Shown: positions 12,863 through 25,746 of the stretch, piece by piece
How positions within the stretch are numbered: the stretch's first letter is position 1
How the letters are laid out: each line of letters opens with the position of its first letter
DNA from: Eledone cirrhosa
Lineage: Eukaryota
Reading direction: 5' to 3'
Length of the DNA stretch: 64,000 nucleotides
NCBI GenBank assembly: GCA_964016885.1
Contig: OZ024740.1
Coordinates: 232,128,001 to 232,192,000 of the forward strand
Position numbers and translations under genes: made by a program
Notes under the pieces: model-generated
Seen by the model: only the letters and a program-made list of their open reading frames with translations
Databases searched by the model: none
Told to the model about the DNA's origin: nothing

Positions 12863-13312
12863 CATATAGTGAGAGAGATGGGGTTCAAAAATGTACGTGT
12901 GTGTGTTCTTCCAATCTCTATGTCCAGGCTATTAATATCGCTTCCATAATGACGATTGTCATTTTATATGAAACTCATTCACTCCATCCGCATATGATTC
13001 AGGGTGGCATCTTATAATACAGATGCATGAGTAACATTTACTTGACATCCATGTGTGATAGCAATCAGCATCTACCAAAATTGAACCAATTTCTGGTGCG
13101 TTCTTGGTAACTTTATCGTGTTAATTGTATATCAAAGGTCCGTTATGGCATAATACGTTAGCAACTGTAAAGTAAAAATAATGGATATTAGTAGATATAA
13201 ATGTACATCGGGATAATGGATAGCAATCAAAGATAGGAAGAGAGAGAAAGAAAGAAAGAATGGGAGAGAGAGAGACGGAGAGAGAAAGAGAGAGATAGAG
13301 AGAGAGAGGGAG

Positions 13313-13362
<50 letters not shown>

Positions 13363-13475
13363 GGGAGACATTTTTCTCTTTACATATGCGTGTCTTTGAC
13401 AAGTAAAGGTAATACGCTTTATGAATGTGTATATGTGTACATATTCAACTATATATCTATCTACGCACACACGCA

Positions 13476-13559
<84 letters not shown>

Positions 13560-13768
13560 TATTTATACGTACATACATATATGTATACAGACGTACAATA
13601 GTATATATATATATATATATATATACATATATGCACACATGTATACATGCACGCATGGACTTACCGAACATTTATTATAATGCTAGGTGTGTTTGTAAAC
13701 AAACATCTCTTATTAAGCCGTAGTGTCTAGCAACCATCTTTGCTCGTTTGTTCAACACTGACAAAGGA

Positions 13769-13811
13769 ACGATGTACTAGTTTCAAACTTATTAGCTATC
13801 GTCAGCAACGT
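13769..13811 (-). ncRNA. Type I hammerhead ribozyme (426-nt family, inverted copy)
   Basis: acgttg CTGACGA tagc-taataa-gttt GAAA CTAG TA catcgt. Confidence 0.75.
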
Positions 13812-14127
13812 ATACCTTCCTGCCAGATAATTAAACGTCTGAAAGTATATAATTTCCTTATGCATATTAACGGCTGAGTGGTCCAATTTGCATATAGAGT
13901 GGGTTAATCGGCCGGGTGCACCGAAAACGACAAACGGAAAAAATGAAACGAAATTTCATTTCCCACTCTTAGTACGGCTGTTACTGAAATATAAGTATGT
14001 ATACGTACATACAAATATGTATACAGACGTATTTCGTTTTCGGTGCACCCGGCCGATTAACCCACTCGATATGCAAATTGGGCTACTCAGCCGTTAATAT
14101 GCATAAGGAAAGTATATACTTTCAGAC

Positions 14128-14214
14128 GTTCAATCATCTGGCAGGAAGGTATACGTTGCTGACGATAGCTAATAAGCTTGAAACTAGTACAGCGTTCCTT
14201 TGTCAGTGTTGAAC
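14128..14214 (+). ncRNA. Type I hammerhead ribozyme with extended stem I
   Basis: acgttg CTGACGA t-agc-taataa-gct-t GAAA CTAG TA cagcgt; stem I extends via gga/tcc, ctggca/tgtcag, gttcaa/ttgaac; predicted cut after 14189. Confidence 0.88.
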
Positions 14215-14553
14215 AAACGATCAACGATGGTTGCTAGACACTACGGCTTAATACGGGATGTTTGTTTACAAACACACCGAGCATTATAATAAATTCGGTG
14301 AGTCCATGCGTGCATGTATATTTATGTGAATGTATGTATATATAGATACATACTATTGTACGTCTGTATACATATATGTATGTACGTATACATACTTATA
14401 TTTAAGTAACAGCCGTACTAAGAGTGAGAAATGAAATTTCGTTTCATTTTTTCCGTTTGTCGTTTTCGGTGCACCCGGCCGATTAACCCACTCTATATAC
14501 AAATTGGACCACTCAGCCGTTAATATGCATATGGAAAGTATATACTTTCAGAC

Positions 14554-14640
14554 GTTCAATCATCTGGCAGGGAAGTATATGTTGCTGACGATAGCTAATA
14601 AGCTTGAAATTAGTACAGCGTTCCTTTGTCAGTGTTGAAC
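14554..14640 (+). ncRNA. Type I hammerhead ribozyme (second tandem copy)
   Basis: CTGACGA 14585-14591, GAAA 14606-14609, stem III C>T gives a G.U pair; predicted cut after 14615. Confidence 0.78.
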
Positions 14641-14885
14641 AAAACGAGCAACGATGGTTGCTAGACACTACGGCTTAATACGGGATGTTTGTTTACAAAC
14701 ACACCGAGCATTGTAATAAATGTTCGGTAAGTCCATGCGTGCATGTATATATGTGTGCATGTATGTATACATATATATACATACTACTGTACGTCTGTAT
14801 ACATATATGTATGTACGTATACATACTTATATTTAAGTAACAGCCGTACTAAGAGTGGGAAATGAAATTTCGTTTCATTTTTTCC

Positions 14886-14950
<65 letters not shown>

Positions 14951-14954
<4 letters not shown>

Positions 14955-15180
14955 TGGTAACACAACAGTTAGTTCACCATACCGTTAAAAATTGTTTGAC
15001 CTTAGCGGATCTACATCTCGTACTGGTCATGGTTATACGGAACAGGAAAAACAACCGCATACGGTTGTTCTTCCTGGGGCGTATGGTGAAATATGGTTAT
15101 TCTTGTTACCACTTCTACCTAACTCCTCCCATGGACTGAGTGCTCTACCACTACTGATATTACCTTCCAGTGTTCTACCT
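14951..15180. mobile_element. Family C degenerate foldback copy
   Basis: aagtggtaaca..ttcaccatac inverted with gtatggtgaa..tgttaccactt; tail actcctcccatggactgagtg. Confidence 0.55.
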
Positions 15181-15265
<85 letters not shown>

Positions 15266-15544
15266 ATATATATATATATATATAACAAGAAGTGCAAGTC
15301 AACATTTCAAAATTATCTTCGATTATTCATATTCGCTGCTATGCTATATATATTTCAGTGATAGCCATTAATCAACAGCTATGACCTCATCAACCAATTA
15401 GAACTTGAATAGAAAAGACAGGAGAGCATAATGTTGTAATCGATTATACCTTGTTAATTCGTCGATATGCTTAGATCCAGAGTGTGGTGTTTGTCCTCTA
15501 AGGACAACCAACACATAATCAAAATTATATATATATATATAGAA

Positions 15545-15935
15545 TGTTTAAGTATCGAGAGAGAGAAAAAAGGAAAGATAGGCGATATATATATTTAGTT
15601 GCCAATAGTTTGTGCAGATGTGCTCAATACTCGTGCCTACAGGGTTAAATATTAGAAGCGTCAATATTTAGTGGGTGAGAAGAAATAAGCAGAGCGATTA
15701 TAGAAGAAATGAATACAAGAGTTTAAAATCGTTAAAACATGTTTAGATAACAGTGCACCTACGTACGTTTCGCCCAGAATGGGCTTATCAAGGGCATGGA
15801 AAACATTGGGTCGCGTATTGATCATTTTTTTGTTTTCCATGCCCTTGATAACCCCATTCTGGGCGAAACATACGTAGGTCCATTGTTATATAAACATGTT
15901 TTAACGGTTTTAAACTCCTAGTATTCATTTCTTTT
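15545..15935. mobile_element. Foldback HHR element (family D)
   Basis: Arms 15719-15805 and 15831-15917; longer tail on the left running to a TA tract. Confidence 0.8.
15754..15796 (-). ncRNA. Minimal type I hammerhead, U3-A8 variant
   Basis: tgccc TTGATAA gccc-attct-gggc GAAA C-GTAC-G TA gg(t)gca; palindromic stem III ACGTACGT; twin at 15840-15880 carries extra mutations. Confidence 0.75.
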
Positions 15936-15954
15936 ATATTTATATATGTGTGCG

Positions 15955-16018
<64 letters not shown>

Positions 16019-16059
16019 TGTGTGTGTGTGTCTGTGTGTGTGAGTGTGTATGGGTGTGT

Positions 16060-16091
<32 letters not shown>

Positions 16092-16335
16092 CTGTGTGAG
16101 TACGTGAACGCACACATACATTAATGTTTGTTTACCTGGTAGGTAGGTTTAAACAGAGATGGGTTTCATGACCATGTTTTTTTATTAATTGCCGTTATCT
16201 TTTATAACAAAACATACCCGAAAACTGAATGGCAAACAAGCAATGAGGAGAGGGGAAGAGAGCAATACAGCAGTGAACCATCTACACACTCATACATAAC
16301 GACACAATCACAGAAACACTAAATGTTGGCACACG

Positions 16336-16370
<35 letters not shown>

Positions 16371-16409
16371 TCAATCTAAAAGTATAACTTGTATATATAT
16401 GTATATGTA

Positions 16410-17296
16410 TATTAATAAAAAGGAAAAGTAAATATAGACAGATTTTTTCCAGTGAAAAATAGTTTAATTAGGAATAAGTATAAATTAGTAATAAGTAATG
16501 GTTAGTATTCAGTGTTAGTTTTAAGTTTTTTACCGGTTGCGCATTTCAAATGCTTTTCCAAAATAATTTTGAGATAGAGCGTCCGTGATTTGGTTGGTTG
16601 TTGAATGTCACGTGAATAAGCACTATCACTTTGATTGGTTGGAAGAAGTTACGTGAATGTTCAATAATAAAAGTGATGAAATGATATATAGTATTGTCAT
16701 AACACCAAGGTGTGTGTGAGTGTGTGTGTCCAGATTGTACGTACTGCAAGAGAATCCATTAGGCCCTGCCGTATGGAATACTTGTGGATAGAAATGTATG
16801 TAGGATGTATGTTGATGTAGGTATGTTTGTGGACGTGTGTATGTTGTGAGTTCGTCTTAGGGAGAAGTGTTTAGACGGGGTCCGTATTTGTTAATAAAGT
16901 GAGATTCCTTGCTGATGCGCTGGGTGTGGGTGGCATTATCTTTACGTTTGTAGAGGGGAAAGATTCTAAAGTTGGGATGATTATGGGAGGCACAGGTATC
17001 AATGTGTTCACTCAGGGGTATTTTTCTGTATTCCCGTATTTTGATTTCGGATCTATGGACAGTCATGCGTTGGCGGAGGCTGACTTAGTCTGGCCTATGT
17101 ATTGTTCTCGACAACCTGAGCAAGTTAATACATATATGAGGTTTTCTGATGCGCATGTGAAGTTGTGCTTTACTATAAAAGGTTGTCCCAGTTTGAAATA
17201 TAATTCCGAACCCTCTATTAGGTTGATGCATATGCCAGAGTTGGGTCTAAAACTAACACTGAATACTAACCATTACTTATTACTAATTTATACTTA
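16410..17296 (-). mobile_element. 5'-truncated Neptune-like PLE: GIY-YIG endonuclease, 3' UTR/pLTR and inverted pLTR piece
   Basis: 16857-17247 translates PNSGIC..NFTCASENLIYVLTCSGCREQYIGQTK / SLRQRMTVHR..LSEH..KESHFI..PRLN (one frameshift); 17247-17295 is an inverted copy of 16475-16522. Confidence 0.9.
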
Positions 17297-17299
17297 AGG

Positions 17300-17851
17300 T
17301 TTTGCGTATGCTTGTGTATGTACGTATCTGTTTGCGTGTATGTATTTATTTGTTTCTATTACTTCTGTATCGTATTTATTTACTTTGTTCTTAACTCTGT
17401 AGCGGAGATTCATTTGGTCTCCTAGTTAGAATTTTAGTCTACGACTTTTGCTATACCATTTACGTGGTTTTGTCTTTGCGTGCTTTTGTTCTCCACGCTC
17501 CACATATGACTTATTATCTTCGTTTTTTCGTTCATTGCCAGAGAACGTCTATATGCACCACCTAAGAGAACATTAGTCTACGACCTCTTTTATACCATAA
17601 ACGTGGTTTTGTCTTTGCGCGTAATTGTTTTTCACCGCTCCTATTAATGACGTATTATTCGTTTTTTCCCGTTCTTTGCCAGCGAACGTTACCACGAACC
17701 AAAGTATCGTCTTCCCGTCTTCCTCCGGCTGCAACGTTTTTTGAAATATCCAGTTCTGCGTTTACAGATTGACTTTGTTAGTTTCAGAAGATCCCGTTAA
17801 GGGTGAAGCAGCGATTCTTGGCTTAAACTTTAATCTGTTATTTCAATAAAT
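17300..17851 (+). mobile_element. Family G element, longest copy, with ~140-bp internal tandem duplication
   Basis: ttagtctacgac.. repeated at 17434 and 17574; 17660-17850 recurs at 19745-19940; HHR-like motif near 17780. Confidence 0.75.
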
Positions 17852-17858
17852 ATATATA

Positions 17859-17897
<39 letters not shown>

Positions 17898-17907
17898 TAA
17901 AAAAATT

Positions 17908-19139
17908 ATGAATAAAACAATGAAACAGTTCCTTATATTAAACAAAAAAAGTTCATTATTTAACGATCGTTTCTGGGATATATATGTGTTAGAATTGGCA
18001 TGTATATTTAACAGATCTATGTACAAAATTATACAAAATTATACAAAATTATACAAACTATCAAAATTAAATATACATACCAACTCATATATATGCCGTC
18101 TTCAGAAATAATGAAATATATTTATTGATAATAACAACAATTCAAAATTACAGGTCTGTTTGGGAACAGAGTTCAAATTGACCAATGGAAACACAAAAAG
18201 TTTATACAGTTAGGTGTGTGTATATATGTAAGTAACTTCGTTCACAGATATGCATAAAAATATATGTTCACATGCATACGCATGCCGAAAAGATGCATGT
18301 AAATACAAAAATTCAGGGCTAATGTCTCTGTATGTTTATAATCTACAGATAAAATACATATACGCATATAAACATATAAATATAAAAATAAATATATACA
18401 CATTCATATACTCACACATATACATACATTCACACACACTCGCGCATATACGCATAAACATACACACAACCACGAACATACATACACACACACACTCACA
18501 CACACATATATGTGTATATACTATTATCATAAGCATATGGACATTAATGCGCGCACATAAACACTGCCACACATATTTAGATCCAGATACAGAAAGTAGG
18601 TGGGGGGGGGGAAGAGGTCAGTATTTACTGGTGTCAGCAAACTGCCAATTTATAAATGTATCTATTTATAAATGTATCTATAAATTTAGAAATAAAACAC
18701 ACCTAACTGTATAAACTTTTTGTGTTTCCATTGGTCAATTTGAACTCTGTTCCCAAACAGACCTGTAATTTTGAATTGTTGTTATTATCAATAAATATAT
18801 TTCATTATTTCTGAAGACGGCATATATATGAGTTGGTATGTATATTTAATTTTGATAGTTTGTATAATTTTGTATAATTTTGTACATAGATCTGTTAAAT
18901 ATACATGCCAATTCTAACACATATATATCCCAGAAACGATCGTTAAATAATGAACATTTTTTGTTTAATATAAGGAACTGTTTCATTGTTTTATTCATTA
19001 TTTTATCTTGACTCTGTATTCCGTTTATCTTTCACCGAAAGTGATTTTTCATTGCATCTCTTCTTTCCATGATAATCCGGATTACATTGAGTTCTTCATA
19101 CGGATTGGACACTACCGTAAACTCTTGGTAGATTTATCT

Positions 19140-19140
<1 letters not shown>
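17908..19140. mobile_element. Foldback HHR element with ~300-bp arms (family E)
   Basis: Arms 17908-18219 and 18699-18998, nearly identical except one 10-bp tandem unit; CA-rich spacer; tail to (TA)n at 19142. Confidence 0.88.
18801..18954 (+). ncRNA. Type I hammerhead with ~115-nt stem II domain (mirror copy 17952-18115, minus)
   Basis: ttcattattt CTGAAGA [long hairpin incl. gtatgtatatttaa/ttaaatatacatgc] GAAA C-GATC-G TT aaataatgaa; perfect 10-bp stem I. Confidence 0.8.
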
Positions 19141-19189
<49 letters not shown>

Positions 19190-19254
19190 AAATATATATA
19201 TATATATATATGATATATATATATATAAAATATATATATATATATATATATATA

Positions 19255-19437
19255 GCGAGGGAAAAGTGGTAAGGAGCCAGGTGGACCATAACGCACCAAG
19301 GTACTCAATACTTAGGGTAGTAGAGTGGGTAATAGGAGTAAGTAAGACCCCGACGGCTGAGCTCAAGCCGTTTCGACGGCTAATTCTGAATTAGCCGTCG
19401 AAACGGCTTGAGCTCAGCCGTCGGGGTCTTACTTACT

Positions 19438-19442
<5 letters not shown>
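19255..19442. mobile_element. Family B element with perfect 55-bp-arm palindrome
   Basis: 19332-19386 is the exact reverse complement of 19388-19442; 1-nt loop. Confidence 0.9.
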
Positions 19443-19484
<42 letters not shown>

Positions 19485-19608
19485 TATATAATATATATAT
19501 ATTATATATATTATATATATATATATATATATAATATATATGTATATATTATATATATATAATATATATATATATATTATATATATATATAATATATATG
19601 TATATATT

Positions 19609-19703
<95 letters not shown>

Positions 19704-19741
19704 TATATATATATATGATATATATATATATATAAAATATA

Positions 19742-20018
19742 TTATCCGTTTTTTTCCCGTTCTTTGCCAGCGAACGTTACCACGAACCAAAGTATCGTCT
19801 TCCTGTCTTCCTCCGGTTGCAACGTTTTTTGAAATATCCAGTTCTGCGTTTACAGATTGACTTTGTTAGTTTCAGAAGATCCCGTTAAGGGTGAAAGCAG
19901 CGATTCTTTGCTTAAACTTTAATCTGTTATTTTAATAAATATTTGCTCTACGGTTCTTATATATTTGATATATATTTTCCTTATCGAGCCCTCTTTGGAT
20001 TTTAGTCATCAATTTTAT

Positions 20019-20023
<5 letters not shown>
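19742..20023 (+). mobile_element. Family G element with hammerhead-like motif (CAGAAGA core) at 19868-19918
   Basis: agttt CAGAAGA t-ccc-gttaa-ggg-t GAAA GCA-gcgattctt-TGC TT aaact; other pieces at 1258-1368, 1481-1517, 21025-21246, 35793-35921, 40294-40400. Confidence 0.75.
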
Positions 20024-20080
<57 letters not shown>

Positions 20081-20111
20081 AAGGTGTGACACAGGAGTTG
20101 TGATATATTAG

Positions 20112-20343
20112 TAAAAAGGAAAAGTATATTCTGACACATTTTTTCCAGTGAAAAATAGTTTAATTAGGAATAAGTATAAATTAGTAATAAGTAATGGTTA
20201 GTATTCAGTGTTAGTTTTTAGACCCAACTCTGGCATATGCATCAACCTAACAGAGGGTTCGGAATTATATTTGAAACAGGGACAACGTTTTATAGTAAAG
20301 CACAATTGCACATGCGCATCAGAAAACCTAATATATGTATTAA

Positions 20344-20346
<3 letters not shown>
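20112..20346 (+). mobile_element. Second copy of the inverted-pLTR / GIY-YIG junction of the Neptune-like PLE
   Basis: RPNSGICINLTEGSELY..CASENLIYVLT; same junction as at 17247, opposite orientation. Confidence 0.85.
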
Positions 20347-20388
<42 letters not shown>

Positions 20389-20418
20389 CGTTATTTAATA
20401 AACAACATAAGATAAGTG

Positions 20419-20491
20419 TTTCATTTACCAAAGGTTTCACGAAAACAGACGAGCCTGAGACAGACGCCTGAGATCGCTCGTCAGAATGAAA
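20419..20491 (-). ncRNA. Type I hammerhead ribozyme (family F; partial relative at 4032-4150)
   Basis: tttcatt CTGACGA gcga..tcgt GAAA CC-ttt-GG TA aatgaaa; perfect 7-bp stem I. Confidence 0.82.
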
Positions 20492-20554
20492 ATTAAAATG
20501 CTCTGTAGTCTACATAGAGCACTCTGCTTTCCTTTAGCTTTCCTACGGAAACAC

Positions 20555-20599
<45 letters not shown>

Positions 20600-20603
<4 letters not shown>

Positions 20604-20957
20604 GAAATATTAATAAATGAAAAATATCCTCATATTCAAAATATATATTTTATTATACATATTTCAAAGGTATAATGGTGTTTAAGTATGTTTTCATCAG
20701 ATAAAATATATGAGACTGGATATGCGAAATACGGTTTCGGTCTTGATTATTAAAACAGCCACTATTGGAATTGAATAATCAAAACCGTAGCGGTATGTCG
20801 CATATCCAATCCCCTATATATTTTATCTGATGAAAACGTACTTAAACACCATTGGACCTTTGAAATATGTATAATAAAATATATATTTTGATTATGAGAA
20901 TATTTTTCATTTATTAATATTTTGAATAATATTAAATACTCCAGAAATAACTGTCGA

Positions 20958-20960
<3 letters not shown>
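20600..20960. mobile_element. Foldback element with two divergent minimal hammerheads (20642-20710 minus; 20815-20885 plus)
   Basis: tatatattttat CTGATGA aaa..ttt GAAA T-atgt-A TA ataaaatatata; 12-bp stem I, weak stem II; related to 11690-11755. Confidence 0.78.
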
Positions 20961-21024
<64 letters not shown>

Positions 21025-21027
<3 letters not shown>

Positions 21028-21246
21028 ATAATAATAAATTTGAAGGCTAAAATCCAAAGAGGGCTCGATAAGGATAAATATATGTCAATATAAGAACCGT
21101 AGAGCAAATATTTATTAAAATAACAGATTAAAGTATAAGCAAAGAATCGCTGCTTTCACCCTTAACGGGATCTTCTGTGTTTCAGAAGATCTCATTAAGG
21201 GTGAAAGCAGCGATTCTTTGCTTATACTTTAATCTGTTATTTTAAT
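21025..21246. mobile_element. Family G foldback copy
   Basis: Arms 21114-21177 and 21183-21246 joined just upstream of the CAGAAGA core. Confidence 0.85.
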
Positions 21247-21314
21247 TTATATATATATATATAAGTGTAGTGAGTTGATAGAGGCTGGGTTATAGTCAAT
21301 CTAAAAGTGTAACT

Positions 21315-21369
<55 letters not shown>

Positions 21370-21454
21370 AAAAATTGAACGGGAACAAAACAGAGAGGCA
21401 GTACAAACAAAGGTTTATTAGTTTCACGCTCTTGAGAGTGGGGTGGTGGTGGGG

Positions 21455-21488
21455 AACAACGTTTCGGGCATAAGCCCTTCTTCAGGTG
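21455..21488 (-). ncRNA. Minimal hammerhead-like motif
   Basis: cac CTGAAGA a gggc-ttat-gccc GAAA CG TT g; stem II perfect, stem I weak. Confidence 0.55.
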
Positions 21489-21618
21489 AAAAGTGTGTGG
21501 GAAGAGAGTTCCAAGGGTGTGAAGGGGAGTGGTGGAGAGACATATAGAAAAAAGAGGGTGAGAGGAAACGGTACAAATGAAATTAAATATAAAAGCATAA
21601 TAAAAATAAAAATAAACA

Positions 21619-22889
<1,271 letters not shown>

Positions 22890-23665
22890 ATATATATATA
22901 TATATATACAAGTTACACTTTTAAATTGCGTATAGCCATTTGTATTATTTTATATTAAAATACATTCAAAACGATCGTTTCATTATAAGTTTTCTACAAA
23001 TTGGGAAAATAATGTCCAGCTTATGTAGAAGCCTACACATAGTCCGTAGGAATATATGTAGGTGGGCACTTATAAATCATCAGTGGATACCCGACAAATA
23101 TCGATATAAAAAAAACCTTACCGATATTAATGTTCAGCGATAGTACCCCTCCGTGCTAGAATGACCGCCAAATTTGAAATTCCAGCAGTCTCACAATGAG
23201 AAATCTCACACTGCCATCAAGCGGAAAAGGGAAGTCATCGCAAAACATAAAAGTATAAAATAATATGAACGCGGTTCAATTAATTCTTTCAATAATTTTA
23301 ATCATGCGTGAAGAACTCAATTGGATATATATGCTTGTATTATTTATACACGCATATAGGTATTTTCTTAGGCTAAAAACAGAGATAAGATACCGGAAGA
23401 ACAATCAATATTTCATACCAAGAATAAATAGGGAAAGTCATACCTAAAAAGTATCTGGAAATATTCATCCCTGGCCAAATCAAGAGTATAATATTTAATA
23501 CATTAACAGAGAAAGCTTTAAGCAATACTCCGACCGGCTTCCGTCTCACTCAACAAACATTAGGATATACCTTAGTATAATCCCAATTATACGTTTGGGG
23601 TGCTAACTATACGTATTTTGCGGATAGCCATTGTATTATTTTATATGATACACAATTAAAATACA

Positions 23666-23701
<36 letters not shown>

Positions 23702-23709
23702 CATACATA

Positions 23710-23860
<151 letters not shown>

Positions 23861-25029
23861 AGATCAAAAGATGGTTAAAAGAGTTCCATGTATTTTATTA
23901 TGCGCATTTCAAAAACAAATATCATCATGCAATAACATTTGTGTTTTGATCAGAAAAAATAGGAAGACATGATATGAAGGTTAAAAAACACTTGTGGATA
24001 GTGCAGTTTTAAATCAACATATGAAAAGTAGTTTTAGATTGATGTGTGATATTGGGGAAAAAAATTGTTTGAGGGGGGTGGGTGGAAAGGATGAAAAAGA
24101 GGAGGAGATGAGAGTAAAAAGTGGAGGGGGAGGAGTATAATGAGGAAGGATGAGATAGGAGGAGAGATGGGTGATAGAGAGAGAGAGAGATAGCTTTTAT
24201 AACTGAGAAAAATATATTGTTTTACATAGAGAGGTTGAAAAACCGTTGGAAGATAATGTATAAATTAAAAGAATTTGAAAATTAACGAAGATAAAAATAA
24301 TGTAAAGTTAAGGTTTGTATATTGAAGGGTTTAATAATATGTGCGATGAAAAGAAATTGTTAATATGTATTAAGAATAATATTTAAGGGTTTAATAATAT
24401 GTGCGATGGAAAGAAAATGTTGATATGTATTATTAAAAATAGTAAAGGTAATGTAAATAAGGATATATTGTGAAAAAAGTAGAAGATAGGATGAAACATG
24501 AAAGTGAGAAACAAATAATGAATTGAGGATGAATAATCAAACGTCAAAAAAATGTTTATGTTTACGAAGGATTTTTTCAAGGTGATATAAAGTAAGAATA
24601 TATTGTATTGTGTAATAATTGTTTCTATGTTAGGCATAGTGAGAAAAGGTGCAGATTAGGGGTTAGAAATTAAAAGGAAAAGAAAAGAAAAGGAAAAGGA
24701 AGAAAGGGAAGTGATAAATAGGAGTGATATAGAATGAGTAACAAGTATTATATAATGTATAATAAATAACTTTGAAATAAGGTAGAAAGATGGGTATATT
24801 TTTAAAGAAGTATATATATACATATATGTGCCTTGTAGAAAAGTATTCTAAATTGATAAAGTTTTGGATATTAGCTGTATACTTTATGGAATGTTCTGTG
24901 GAATTTATGCAAGCAGAGAGAAAACAAGTCAGTGCGTCTATTTATTATAGAATCTAAATTAGATATAATGGTAACTTTTTCATTTAGACAGAGATTGCAA
25001 GTCTTGGATAGAGAACTGTTCAAGTATGT

Positions 25030-25458
25030 AGAAGCAATTGCAATTGCCCTGCTAAAAATAAATGTCCTCGCAACAACCATTGTCTTGATAAAAACTTAAT
25101 CTACGAATGTAATGTTATAACTGACACCAATTCCTTCACCTATTTTGGCTCCACTTCCACCTCCTTTAAAGCTCGTCTTTATAATCATCATTCGTCTTTT
25201 AAATACCAACTTAAAAGAACCAACACGGCTCTCTCAGAACTCATATGGTCCTTGAAAGACAAAAATATTAAATATAACATCTCTTGGAAAAAGGTTTCTT
25301 CTGATTCTCCATACTTGAACAGTTCTCTATCCAAGACTTGTCTAAATGAAAAATTTACCATTATATCTAATTTAGATTCTATAATAAATAGATGCACTGA
25401 CTTGTTTTCTCTCTGCTTGCATAAATTCCACAGAACATTCCATAAAGTATACAGCTAA
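25030..25458 (+). pseudogene. PLE C-terminal GIY-YIG endonuclease domain (open frame, 5'-truncated)
   Basis: CNCPAKNKCPRNNHCLDKNLIYECNV..TYFGSTSTSFKARLYNHHSSF..TALSELIWSLK..ISW..EK..INR..CLH; left arm preserves TCNLCLNEK. Confidence 0.88.
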
Positions 25459-25561
25459 TATCCAAAACTTTATCAATTTAGAATACTTTTCTCCAAGGCA
25501 CATATATATATATATACTTCTTTAGAAATATACCCGTCTTTCTACCTTATTTCAAAGTTAT

Positions 25562-25746
25562 GGTGGATTGGCAGTATCGGTAGAGGGTCTGACGCTATGC
25601 TTTGCAGCAAAGAGTTACGCCCCTTTATGGTTTGAGTTCAAATCCCGCCGAGGTTAACTTTGCCTTTCATCCTTACGGGGTCGATAAAATAAAGTACCAG
25701 TAATGCACTGGATAATTGCTGGCCTTGTGCCAAAAGTAGAAACAAT
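25562..25746 (+). mobile_element. tRNA-derived SINE inserted in the right PLE arm
   Basis: Full family match; absent from left arm. Confidence 0.95.

Larger units (their letters stand above)
13557..14889. mobile_element. Retrozyme-like array: ~1.1 inverted unit plus two tandem 426-nt units, one HHR per unit
   Basis: Minus copy 13557-14031; plus copies ~14034-14459 and 14460-14889; HHR cores at 14159 and 14585 are 426 nt apart; no coding capacity; (TA)n both sides. Confidence 0.85.

Noticed and set aside
15335-15382. Minus-strand TTGATTA..GAAATATATA HHR-like motif
   Set aside because: Core and stem II too degenerate
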